DNA of 64,000 nt. Source: Octopus sinensis. Its lineage: Eukaryota. Below the pieces are notes generated by a model, which saw only the letters and a list, made by a program, of their open reading frames with translations, ran no database searches and was not told where the DNA came from. Numbering within the stretch: position 1 is the stretch's first letter; every line of letters starts with the position of its first letter. Location of the stretch: positions 83,700,001 through 83,764,000 of the forward strand of contig NC_043004.1 in assembly GCF_006345805.1 (NCBI RefSeq), written 5' to 3'. The position numbers and the translations under genes were made by a program. This document shows positions 53,677 through 64,000 of this stretch, piece by piece.

Positions 53677-54430
53677 CCTCCCCCCGACTCCTGCTTCTCT
53701 TTGGTCCTTCATCTTTTCACCCCTACTCACTTTCCCTCCTCTTCCCTTCTTCCCTCCTCTTCTTTCCTCTTTCTTCTTCCCTCTTCCCTTCTCTCTTTCT
53801 CTCTGCTCCCTCACTCTCTTTCTCTCTATCTCCCCACTCCTCATCTCCCCTCCTTTTCCCATCCCCCTCCTATTCTCCTCTCCTTTCTTCTCCCCCTTCC
53901 CCTCTCCTTTCTTCTCCCGCTTCCCCTCTCCTTCCTTCTCCCCCTATTCTCCTCTTTCCTTCTCCCCCTTCTCCCCATCCCCCTCATCTCACCCTTACCC
54001 CCTCCTTCTTTCCCCCCGTCTCACCCTCTCACCCTCCTCCCTCACTCTCACCTTCCCTCTTCTCCATCCTCCCTCCTCTCTCCTTCTCCCCCTCTTCCCC
54101 TCTCACCATCACCCTCATCTCGCCTCCCCTTCCACCCTCATCTCATCCCCCCTCTCATCCCTCCTCCTCCACTCTCTCTCACTCTTCCCCTCATCTCCCC
54201 TCTCTACACTACACCATACGACAGTACACATCACATCATACATACATACATACACACGTCCAGACCTTTCATACGCACCACATACGCATTTGACCCTGTT
54301 ATCTCCTCTATTTTCGCTCTTGCGTCTCACGTTTGGTCTCTGACTTCTGGCCAGAATCGCCATGTTGAATCGCTAGCTTCTGCACGCATTTGTTTCTCTC
54401 CTTCTTTCTCTCCGTGTTTCTTTTCTGTGT

Positions 54431-54470
54431 ATCTTTCTGTTGAAGAGCATAGGCTCGAAACGTAAAAGAT
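54431..54470 (+). ncRNA. Best-preserved H1 minimal hammerhead-like motif
   Basis: ATCTTT-CTGTTGAA-GAGC-ATAG-GCTC-GAAA-CG-TA-AAAGAT: perfect 6-bp stem I and a GUA triplet. Confidence 0.78.
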
Positions 54471-54590
54471 TTGTTTTTTTATATTCCTGAGCGCCATACA
54501 AATACAATTGTTTGTTTGTACTCCACCTGCCTTCGTCTTTTGTTTATTTTCAGAAAGCTTCCCGTTATATATATATATAATATACATACA

Positions 54591-54730
54591 TAATAACAAA
54601 GGGTAAAATTAATTATTTACGAAGTAATCAATAAATTTCACCAAGTAGGATTCGGTATGAAAACAGGACCGCTAACACGGTAAATTTTAGTAATTACTTC
54701 GTAATTAATTAATTTTACCCTTTGTTATTA
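54591..54730. repeat. Fold-back with ~52-bp imperfect arms (54591-54642 and 54679-54730)
   Basis: TAATAACAAAGGGTAAAATTAATTA..TACGAAGTAAT pairs with ATTACTTCGTA..TAATTAATTTTACCCTTTGTTATTA. Confidence 0.85.
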
Positions 54731-54834
54731 TTGATAATAGAACTTTCTCCCTGAGAATATGTAGCATTTTACTTGGAGACACACGTGGAAGGGCGAGGGA
54801 GGCTGATCGGTATTCATTTGTGTTTTGAATCTAG

Positions 54835-54944
54835 CGGTACTAACATCGAATGCAAACGGCCTCACACCGTTATATGAAATAATTCGTTCAGATGTTCTAG
54901 TACCTCCGGATTATAACACAGTATCCATACTGATGAAGAATACG
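54835..54944 (+). CDS. Candidate internal coding exon (phase 1 to phase 0)
   Basis: TTTGTGTTTTGAATCTAG|CG...ACG|GTTAGT. Only one frame is open: VLTSNANGLTPLYEIIRSDVLVPPDYNTVSILMKNT, with an ankyrin-like N-x-x-G-x-T-P-L motif. Confidence 0.5.
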
Positions 54945-55186
54945 GTTAGTAAAGTATATTTTTGTTATATTCTTTATGTAAAACCTAATTCAGAAACGCG
55001 CGTCTATGGATGATCAGATATCGATTGATTTTCGTTTGCTTTACCCTCTGCCTGTGTGTTTAAACTTCGAGTATTTTGGGTTCTCTGGAAGACACTTTTA
55101 AAGTAGAAGAAATGGCTAAGATTTTGGCTGCTATTTCTGATCTTTTGTCGAACCCTTTTTATTAGTATATACATACATACATATAT

Positions 55187-55239
<53 letters not shown>

Positions 55240-55754
55240 ATATTTATATAATATATATAATACGGCAGAAAAACGATATTATTGGTAGACATAATCAACA
55301 ATTCTTTTCACAGATTATCACCATTTTCGTTTCTGAATATGAGATTATGCTAGCCATCATTCAATCCATTTATCATATGATTATCATTTTCAGCTAGCTG
55401 TATGATATAAATATCTCACAATCACAATTTGTACTTATTTTCCTTCACGTGCCTTTATATAATGAATCAAATAAAATCTTTCTTTTTATGAAAAAGCGTG
55501 AAATCATATAATGTTTACAGCCAATAATGACGGGCTTTTCTCAAGAAGTAGAAAGAAAATGAGCTATTAATGACAATGAAATAACTTAAAGAAATTTTAG
55601 TCTACTTCAGGTATATGAGCAGTCTTTCTCTTTTATATATTTTACCACACCTATGATGGATAACAACCATTTTCAATTTTCTGAACAGTGCATTATTCTG
55701 AAATGCTTATTTACAGATATGCAATTAATTTTGTAACTTGAACTTTACCGTTAG

Positions 55755-55811
55755 CAGCTGGATACATACGTAGATCGTTTACTAAAAGAGACAAGCGTAA
55801 CAACAGAATAA
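55755..55811 (+). CDS. Candidate terminal coding exon (phase 0)
   Basis: AACTTTACCGTTAG|CAG (NAGNAG), encoding QLDTYVDRLLKETSVTTE*. AATAAA at 56271-56276. Confidence 0.3.
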   Translation, partial: QLDTYVDRLLKETSVTTE

Positions 55812-56561
55812 TTATAATAACATGCATAGTAATAGAAAATATGTGGTATGTATTGTAGAGCTCAGCATATTATACAATGACTGTTAAGTTTCATATACCT
55901 GGTTAAGACATTCTGGTACCAAAGGTAAATATTGTCCACCAGTATTAGAATTTCTTAAATAATATGAGGAATTTGCAATAGTCTTTGAAATATATACTGA
56001 AGTTTGAAAAAAATTCTAATTCTCAAATGGTGACCCAGTTATGAACATGGTAAGTGTAATGGAACAACAATATGTTTCACAATGATTTCTAAATGCTTTC
56101 TTGTTTCAATTGCCTTTATTTGTCTTCATATGATCACCGGTTTTGTCAATGTATTTCAATGAGTGCTTCTAGGTGTGAATCTCACGATTTCTCATCGAGA
56201 TGTCTGCAGACTCTACGTTACATGAATAGATAATTATTGCGATTACGTAAGTCTGGAGAGTAAATTCTTAAATAAATACACAGATGGTCCATACATGTGA
56301 ATTAATTTGTTTACTTTGTGCAACTTAAATAACATTTCTATGTATTTAATTGATGTAATTTAATATAAATATATCATTAGTCATGAGACTGTCGCAAACA
56401 TTAAATTATTCTGTGTATATTACCTATGGCTTCCGCCTCTCTCAGTGGTCGTCAATAAGGTTTCTCAGAGAAAATAATCGTTATACAGATAGCTAGGTAA
56501 TATTCATATACAGAGTTATAAACGTGCATGCGATGTATAAACATATATACATCCATCCAAG

Positions 56562-56605
<44 letters not shown>

Positions 56606-56672
56606 TATATATATATTGTCTAGTTATTTATATATATATATGTATACACAAACACCTAAACACGCACATATA

Positions 56673-57959
56673 CAGGGTGAGGAAGCAAAATTTACAATGA
56701 AGGTTAAGTTGCTTTTTCTCAGGAGGCACTAAGTCAATTGTTTCGAAACCTAGCATATACTGATGCCATACTCATACTTAACACTATTATCCTTACCTTT
56801 TCAGAAACTTTTGCCCATATGAGTAATCAGGAAAGCAAACGTCAAAGAGTGTGTGATTTGCTGAATGCACTTGTCACACCAAAAGAGATTTCAAGGATAG
56901 TTGGAGTGCCCATAAAGACTGTTTATAATGTAAAGAATAGAATGACTATGAGCAAAAGTATTAGGAGGAAGTCTTGAAGTGGAGGAATCAACAAAACATC
57001 GTACCAAAGCTTTTATTAAAGCTCTCAAATACAAAATCCTAAAGGATCCAACCAAATCCATGAGAAAAATGGCAATTGAACTTGAGGTAGACAAGAAGAC
57101 CATTTGAAATGCAGTAAAATATGATTTGAGGTTAAAATCTTACACAAGAACACTAAAATATTTGTTGACAACAGCTATGAAGGAAAAGAGATTGGAGAGG
57201 TGCAAGAAAATTATTACATGGTTAACGAAAAAGTCATCCATTGTAACAATCTTTTCAGATGAAAAGATCTTCACTGTGGATGCTGTTCTGAACCGCTGAA
57301 ATGACAGATGTATTGCAAAATCAACAGCTGAGGTTAAGGAGACATACAAAACAAAACATCCTGCAGAAGTTATGGCTTTTGGTGTTGTGGCTTCCGATGG
57401 AAAGAAAATTCCTATAAAATTCTACAAAGCTGATGAAAAGATCAATGTTAATACTTACTACAAGACTCTGAGGTACCAGGTATTGCCATGGCTTAAAGCA
57501 AACTACCCAGATGGTAATTATGTATGGACACAGGATGGTGCTCCAGCCCACACAGCCAGAAAAATACAAGAGTTCTGAAATCCAACTTTAGCGATTTTGG
57601 GGAATCATGTTTATGGCCGCCTTCTAGCCCAGATCTAAACCCTCTGGATTATGCTATTTGGGGCGTTTTAGTACATGCTACCAATAGAAAATCACACAGC
57701 AATGTCGACTCTCTTAAAGGTACTATTACAGAAGAATGGGAGAAGTTGTCTCCCGAATATTTGAGGAACACTTGTACAAGGTTCAGGAAGCGTGTGAAGG
57801 CAGTTATTGAGAAAGGAGGACACATAGAATAAAAACATTTTCTATTATGTAAATTTTCTTGTGGCAAATAAATTCTCATAACTTTCAATAAAATAATTGG
57901 TCATACACTGTCTTTCAATCCCTGCCTCAAAATATTGTAAATTTTGCTTCCTCACCCTG
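56673..57959 (+). mobile_element. Full-length Tc1/mariner element of the DD37D (maT) family, 1287 bp
   Basis: Perfect 26-bp TIRs CAGGGTGAGGAAGCAAAATTTACAAT (56673-56698 and 57934-57959) with TA target duplication. Confidence 0.96.
56819..57832 (+). pseudogene. DD37D transposase pseudogene
   Basis: IFSDEK..VWTQDGAPAH..WPPSSPDLNPLDY gives 37-residue D-D spacing after restoring a 1-bp deletion. TGA at 56975, 57105 and 57297; frameshifts near 56995 and 57577. Confidence 0.95.
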
Positions 57960-58442
57960 TATATATATAAAAATAAATACACACATATATGCATACATAC
58001 ATGTGTTATACCTAGAAACGTAACATCATACTAGGAAACTCGAATCGAATCTATGATAACATTACGCAGATTCTTGGGAGAATTTTCGCATAAATGGAAT
58101 AAGGCCAGGTTACTTCTGACTGGTACAAAGTCTTATAAGATATAATAATTAATTCAAACCAAATAATGAATGTTTGAAAGCATTTGAAACATATGTTTCA
58201 CTTCATTGCATATGCAATAAGATATACCTCGCTTAGGCAAAGCTTTCCTCCGTTAATATATTTTAGATTATTCACATTTCAAGAAGTACACTTCGACACA
58301 TGCAGACACCTTTAGAATATATATCTAAAATCTAATACATCGTTTATTGAAGATGTTCATTCACTCAAGTTCCCAAACATTATCCACTGAATTAAACATC
58401 CCATTCTCGGTAAAACCCGACCGTTTATATGTATATATATGT

Positions 58443-58665
58443 ATGTGTGTGTGTGTTGTTTGTGTTTGTCCCCCCAACATCACTTGACAACCGAAGCTGG
58501 TGTGTTTACGTCCCCGTAACTTAGCGGTTGGGCAAAAGAGACCGATAGAATAAGTACCAGGCTTACAAAGAATAAGTCCTGGGGTCGATTTGCTTGACTA
58601 AAGGCGGTGCTTCTGCATGGCCACAGTCAAATGACTGAAACAATTAAGACAGAGAGAGAAAGAGT
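58443..58665 (+). mobile_element. SINE family B, 3' half
   Basis: CACTTGACAACCG..CCCCGTAACTTAGCGG..GGCTTACAAAGAATAAGTCCTGGGGTCGA. Confidence 0.88.
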
Positions 58666-58965
58666 ATGTTTTTGAGAGCAAGCGGTTAGACCTAGAAGAA
58701 TATCTGGTTTTAACCAATGATTTATTATTAACTTGTTTTCATTAACTCCTCTATATATTTTCACTATATGCTCTTAATTATTTTTCTTACGCTTCGTAAT
58801 GATTCTTAATTTTATTTTATAACATCCCATATCATTATATTACTTGACATATGGATTATTATATCATTTTATATCAATGTCTCATGCAACCCCTTATTCT
58901 TTTAGCCTGGCAGTACTTTATCCAAATTCCTTTACATAGATCGTGTTTCCCCTATTTCATTTGTA

Positions 58966-59005
<40 letters not shown>

Positions 59006-59009
<4 letters not shown>

Positions 59010-59192
59010 GGGAGAGTTTACGAAAAAAACAAAAGACGAACACAGGTGGTGTACAAAACAAACAGATGTATAGATGTATTAGTATAACGCTCAGGAATAG
59101 AAAAAGTATTTTACGTTTCGAGCCTACGCTCTTCTACAGAAAGGGACACAGAAAAAAAACAAGGAAAGAAAAAAATGTGTATAGTGGGTAAT
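59006..59192 (-). mobile_element. Solo PLE pLTR (family H1) with hammerhead-like motif at 59107-59144
   Basis: Minus strand CCTTT-CTGTAGAA-GAGC-GTAG-GCTC-GAAA-CG-TA-AAATA. (AT)n on both sides. Confidence 0.87.
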
Positions 59193-59983
59193 ATATATAT
59201 ATATATGTGTGTGTGCATATGCGTATATGTATATACGAATGTGCGTACATTTATGTGTGTATATATGTGTGTGCTTGTGCGTATGTCTATGTCGATTTGT
59301 GATTACAGTAGATCCCGCTGAGAAAAGCGAATTCTAGTTGATCGAAACGAATTGTAAAAATACCACGTGACCGACAAATAGATGTGGGAATAATGGATTT
59401 ATATTTATCCTGTGTTATCTTGAAATTAGTAAAGCCGTATCATTGATAGTTGTTTTTCATTTTAGAGTTAATTACTAATTATATTAATTGAATGAAAATA
59501 ATTTCAAATAATATGAAAATGGTGGTTGTCAATTGGTTATATCGTAAATTAGATATCTTTTTTTCATAAGTATCTAAAACCATATTCATTAAAATATCTG
59601 CTTTTTGCATGTGTGGAACAATCAAATCAAAGTTTATTTAATTGATGTCTTTCATTCGAAGCTATTTCAGTCATAATGTTATTATAAGCAATAAAAAGTA
59701 ACTCCAGACGAAACTTGAGGTGAGAAAATATAAGTACTTGATTAAACAGAAGGCAACAATAGAGGCATTTTTTTCTTTTTGTTTCTGAGTTCTATAACCT
59801 TGCATTCAAGCTAAAGAGACAGCCTGTATAAGGCCATCGCCACATACTACAAAAATAGTCAAATTTCCTTCATACGACACAGTAGCGTCTTAACATAGAC
59901 CGCAAAGGATGCGATAGTCTAGGATGCTTCTAATTGGAAATTGATCAGAGATATATCTAGAATGATTTCCGTAACAATAAGAC

Positions 59984-60372
59984 TTTTTCTCTTTTACTCT
60001 TCTCCTTGTTTCAGTCATGTTACTGTGGCCATGCTGGAGCACCGCCTTTAGAAGAGGAAATCGACCCCAGCACTTATTCTTTGTAAGCCTGGTAATTATT
60101 CTATCGGTTTTTTTGCCGAACTGCTAAGTTACGGGGACATCAAGCGATGTTGGTGGGACAAACACAGACACAAATACACACTCACATACATATATATATA
60201 CGTATATATACGACGGGCTCCTTTTAGTTTCCGTCTACCAAATTCACTCACAAGGCTTTGGTCGGCACGGGGCTATAGTAGAAGACACTCGCCCAAGGTG
60301 CCACGCAGTGGGACTGAACACGGAACCATGTGGTCGGTAAGCAATCTACTTACCGCAGAGCCACTCCTACCT
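59984..60372 (-). mobile_element. SINE family B (near full length)
   Basis: Colinear with 28552-29015. Confidence 0.9.
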
Positions 60373-60795
60373 AGTGAGAAAAGTTTCAGATGACAAACAA
60401 TATCGACACCAACTTCTCGTGAAGGGAAATTAACGTTCTGCAAGATGGACGAATATTTCATATGCTTTTGATATGCTGCGATGTAACGAAACTGGCGTGT
60501 CGTTTGTAATTGTCTATAGCCAATAAGATATGTAAGAAAAGTCAATACCTAGATAGAATGCTAATAAGATTGATTTTCTACTATTTCAAATGTTAATGAT
60601 AAAGAGTCGTATGGTTTTGGTTCCTTCAAAGAGTAACTTAAATGTACACGGCCTTTTAATGCTTCATTTGTTTTAGCTTTTTTGTGCTTTCTTCAAAATT
60701 AAGAGGTTTCGCTATCGAACTCAAAATCTCGTCGTTGAAAAGTGTTCCAAAGGCATATGCCTATAGCTTCTTGATATATTTAAAAATATCTGCTG

Positions 60796-60843
<48 letters not shown>

Positions 60844-61499
60844 TCTTTTTTGCAGTTAAAGGGAAAAATACAAGACTATGACAGCGATGAAAAGTGTCTT
60901 TCACATTGCATAATTGATATCGTTATATTTTTTCATGTTATCCACATTTGATAAACCTTGATTCTATGTGCGCTGAGCAATACAAAATGACATGTCTGCT
61001 CTTTACTTCAGGCATATTCTGTTTTTCTTCAATTATTTCATGGATTCATAGTCAACGTGCAGCAGTCAGTTTGAATAAAGAAAGAAGAATATAAATTAGC
61101 AAAAAAAGAGAAAATACTTCTGTAGCTTTCTATTTCATTCTCACACTACATTTTATATTTTTATGATTTAGTTATTTTCTGATGATGTCCAATTTATGTT
61201 TTCTTTCTTTGATTTTGTGTGTTGTCTTTGGTTGTCAATGATAGTTGTAGTTTGTTGAATATGTTGTCCCATGCTACTTGTAAATGTATTTTTTCAGCTT
61301 CTAGTTATTTCCTACAGCATTTGATGCAGATGTTTCTATGGATTCATGAAGTCTTCATTTCGCGTCTGCTTTTATTTTGAATATTACGCTGCCAAACTTT
61401 TCATTCTGTGTCGAAAGTGTTGATGTTGTGATACGACTGCAATTTGTTATTTGCTGGATACCAAAAAAGAAAGAGATCATAATTATTTATTTATTGGTA

Positions 61500-61762
61500 T
61501 TATCATCACCCTACCACCAACGCAGCCACCACCACCACTACTACTACTACCAACGTCACCGCTGTCGTTTTCGTCATTATCATCAACATCATCATCATGA
61601 TCACCATCGTGATCATCATGATGATCATAATCAGGATCACCCCCACCACAATCACCGCCGCCCTCATCATCATCATCATCATCAACATCATCACCATCAT
61701 TATCATCATCATCATCATCATTATCATCATCTTCATTATCCTCATCATCATCATCATCATCG

Positions 61763-61805
<43 letters not shown>

Positions 61806-61830
61806 GAGCAACTGCATCAGCAGCATCGTT
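61500..61830. repeat. Compound (CAC)/(CAT)/(CAG)n microsatellite
   Basis: Direct reading. It explains the poly-His/poly-Gln ORF. Confidence 0.93.
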
Positions 61831-62039
61831 AGAATTATTATTGCTGTGCGGTGCCAGATAATTACGACACCGGGCAATTTACGTAGCATCGTTTCTTCCT
61901 CTTTTATATTCTAATCTCAAATCTCGTGGGGAAATTTGCCTTTCATCATTTAGGGTTTGATCAAATAAATATCATTCAAGTGCTGGGTTTGGTGAAATTG
62001 ACTAACCCTACCCCAAAATTTAAGGAACTGCATCTATAT

Positions 62040-62117
62040 TATTAATGATTATTATTGGTTTTGCTATTACTATTATTATTTCTATTATTATTATTATTAT
62101 TATCATTATTATTATTA

Positions 62118-62156
<39 letters not shown>

Positions 62157-62178
62157 GTTTTTTCCTTCTTTCTTCAAA

Positions 62179-62234
<56 letters not shown>

Positions 62235-62322
62235 GTTGTTGTTGTTGTTGCTGTTGTTGTTGTTGTTGCTGTTGTTATTATTATCATTATTATGACGACG
62301 ATGATGATGATGATGATGATAA
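62040..62322. repeat. Compound (ATT)/(GTT)/(GAT)n microsatellite
   Basis: Direct reading. Confidence 0.93.
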
Positions 62323-62590
62323 TGGTTTGTCTGCCGCTACGTTCTGAGTTCAAATTCCGCCGGTGTCGACTTTGACTTTCATTCTTTCGGGATCGACAAA
62401 TTAAATACCAGAGAAACACTGAGGTCGATGTACGCAACTAGACCACTAACATCCAGGAAACTGCTTAGCACCCGTCTTTACGATCTCATTTCGAATTCGA
62501 TAAAATGAGTACCAGTTGAACACTGGTGTCAATATAATTAACTTATCCCATTCCTGGAAATTGCCGGTCTTGTGCCAACATGTGAAACCA
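62323..62590 (+). mobile_element. SINE family A copy (62323-62450) plus a second 3' fragment (62497-62590)
   Basis: GTTCTGAGTTCAAATTCCGCC..GTCGACTTTG..; GATAAAATGAGTACCAGTTGAACACTGG..CTTGTGCCAA. Confidence 0.8.
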
Positions 62591-62615
62591 TTGATTTTGT
62601 TATTTTAGATTGATA

Positions 62616-62718
62616 GAGCAGTGCATCCCATCAAAGTAACACTGGGTATAAAAATACGAATGTCAATATACCTGTCAGGATTAACCGTCTGATAAGGGAA
62701 CATCAGACTCATACATCA
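62616..62718 (+). mobile_element. Degenerate copy of the interspersed repeat at 63766-64000
   Basis: GAGCAGTGCATCCCATCAAAGTAACACTGGG..CCGTCTGATAAGGG matches GAGCAGTTCATGCCATCAAAGTGACACTGGG..CCGTCTGATAAGGG. Confidence 0.75.
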
Positions 62719-63300
62719 CAAATTTCACTTGAAAAAGAAAATAAGGTTAGAAAGGGAAGTCTTGTCTTCTAGCCAGTTTGCCGAAAGGTGGATGTAAGTG
62801 GAGAGAATGTTTGGGTACAGGACGAGTGCATGCACAACTGTCTCGTCGTCCTGCGTGCATCTTGGATGTGCTCGGCTGACGGCACTTCCGTGCCTGTAAA
62901 TTTTGTCTGTACTCAAACATTGCCGACCTGTGGGTTTATATTGAACATCTGCTGTCACGTGTAGGATGCATCCGGCTGTCAACTGAATCCACTGTGAAGA
63001 TGACCCGCCGCCTACCTTTAGCTGTGTTTATATGCCTGGTCGCCATGGCGAAAGAAGTTGTGTGGAGGACGAGATTAAAGGTGCTGAAAACAAACACTTT
63101 TCTCTTTGGCCAATCCGTAATCAACTTTGTCAAATTTCACTTGAAAAGGAAAAAAAGGTTTGAAAGGGAAGTCTTGTCTTCTAGCCAGTTTGCCGAAAGG
63201 TGGATGAAAGTGGAGAGAATAGTGCAAGTAAAAGGGCTAGTGAACGGCCGACCATACGCATGTGGTTAGATAAGAGGAGAGGAAAAAGAACCTGCCACAA
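62719..63300 (+). mobile_element. Tx1/L1-like LINE 3' end with internal inversion and duplication
   Basis: The minus segment 62806-62907 encodes HPRCTQDDETVVHALVLYPNI (CCHC-knuckle-like). The plus strand from 62908 continues NIADLWVYIEHLL..AKEVVWRTR. Confidence 0.78.
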
Positions 63301-63509
63301 AAGTCAATGTGCCCATGATATTTATGCTTTTTTTTCCACGAGCAGCCTCGAACGCCTCCTCCCGATGGAAGATTACACATAGTTGAATATGATCTTTTGA
63401 AATTTAATATTTTTATACACCAAATCTTCACAAAAGACACAGACTTTATTTTGTTTTGTCCTGTACTGTCCATAAATGATTTTTCTTAATGTGAATCCTT
63501 GTTAATCAA

Positions 63510-63510
63510 G

Positions 63511-63573
<63 letters not shown>

Positions 63574-63582
63574 CCATCATCA

Positions 63583-63641
<59 letters not shown>

Positions 63642-63765
63642 ATTATTATTATTATTATCATTATTATTATTATTAATATTATTATTATCATTATTATTAT
63701 TATTATTATTATTATCATCATCATCGTCATTATCATAATCATAATTATTATTATTATTATTATTG
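63510..63765. repeat. Compound (CAT)/(ATT)n microsatellite
   Basis: Direct reading. Confidence 0.95.
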
Positions 63766-64000
63766 AGTGAGAGAGCAGTTCATGCCATCAAAGTGACACT
63801 GGGGTAAAATATACGAAGCCCAATATACCCATCATGACTACCCGTCTGATAAGGGTACACCAGGCACATGCATCACAACCATATGTGCGCGACATGGTGA
63901 TCTCATATCAAGATAAACAGCACATGACCTTGCAGGTGGGGCCCAGTTAGAATTTTCCTCAGGTTGAGTAGACCATCCTGCTCAAAAGGTCCCTGAATAA
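63766..64000. mobile_element. Interspersed retroposon-like repeat abutting a (TAT)n tract, running off the window
   Basis: Second copy at 62616. Sits directly on the microsatellite. Class not determined. Confidence 0.6.

Larger units (their letters stand above)
53044..54567 (+). mobile_element. 5'-truncated Penelope-like element (Neptune-type by its Cys linker): thumb, GIY-YIG, pyrimidine tract and pLTR with H1 hammerhead
   Basis: FPLTYHP..HNLRDL*V..FPCSRPRC..FTCTSSNIIYCISCCRCHSLYIGQTGRRLADRFAEH..REQRLI..PFGLN. (AT)n on both sides. Confidence 0.92.

Noticed and set aside
53645-54465. 232-aa and 254-aa Pro/Ser/Leu-rich ORFs
   Set aside because: Translations of the PLE 3' pyrimidine tract.
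56173-56252. Exon-like segment ending in a strong GTAAGT donor
   Set aside because: All three frames contain stops; at most a non-coding exon.
61377-61914. Poly-His/poly-Gln ORF
   Set aside because: Compound CAT/CAC/CAG microsatellite with no flanking domain or splice support.

Overview
AT-rich eukaryotic, repeat-dominated genomic DNA. The (TA)n/(CA)n/trinucleotide microsatellite density and the SINE families look like an octopus (Octopus sp.) genome, but that assignment is my inference. No intact recognisable cellular gene, rRNA, tRNA gene or CRISPR array is present, and most listed ORFs are microsatellite artefacts. The window contains: (1) a minus-strand Helitron whose RepHel frame is split at an A|T site by a second, plus-strand Helitron with canonical ends; (2) many Penelope-like element (PLE) remnants of at least two types (GIY-YIG endonuclease and RT fragments), nearly all embedded in (AT)n, with several fold-back ends and at least five different minimal type-I hammerhead ribozyme (HHR) motifs, including a five-copy family with a fixed non-canonical core (CUGUNGAA instead of CUGANGA) and one fully canonical HHR; (3) three DD37D (maT) Tc1/mariner copies, one full-length with perfect TIRs; (4) 3' remnants of CR1-like, R4/Dong-like and Tx1/L1-like LINEs, the last with an inversion resembling twin priming; (5) about 20 tRNA-derived SINE or SINE-like copies; (6) a candidate plus-strand host gene with phase-compatible exons at 10.7, 54.8 and 55.8 kb behind an E-box/CCAAT promoter. 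Boundaries and alignments were done by eye, so edges of degenerate elements are approximate.
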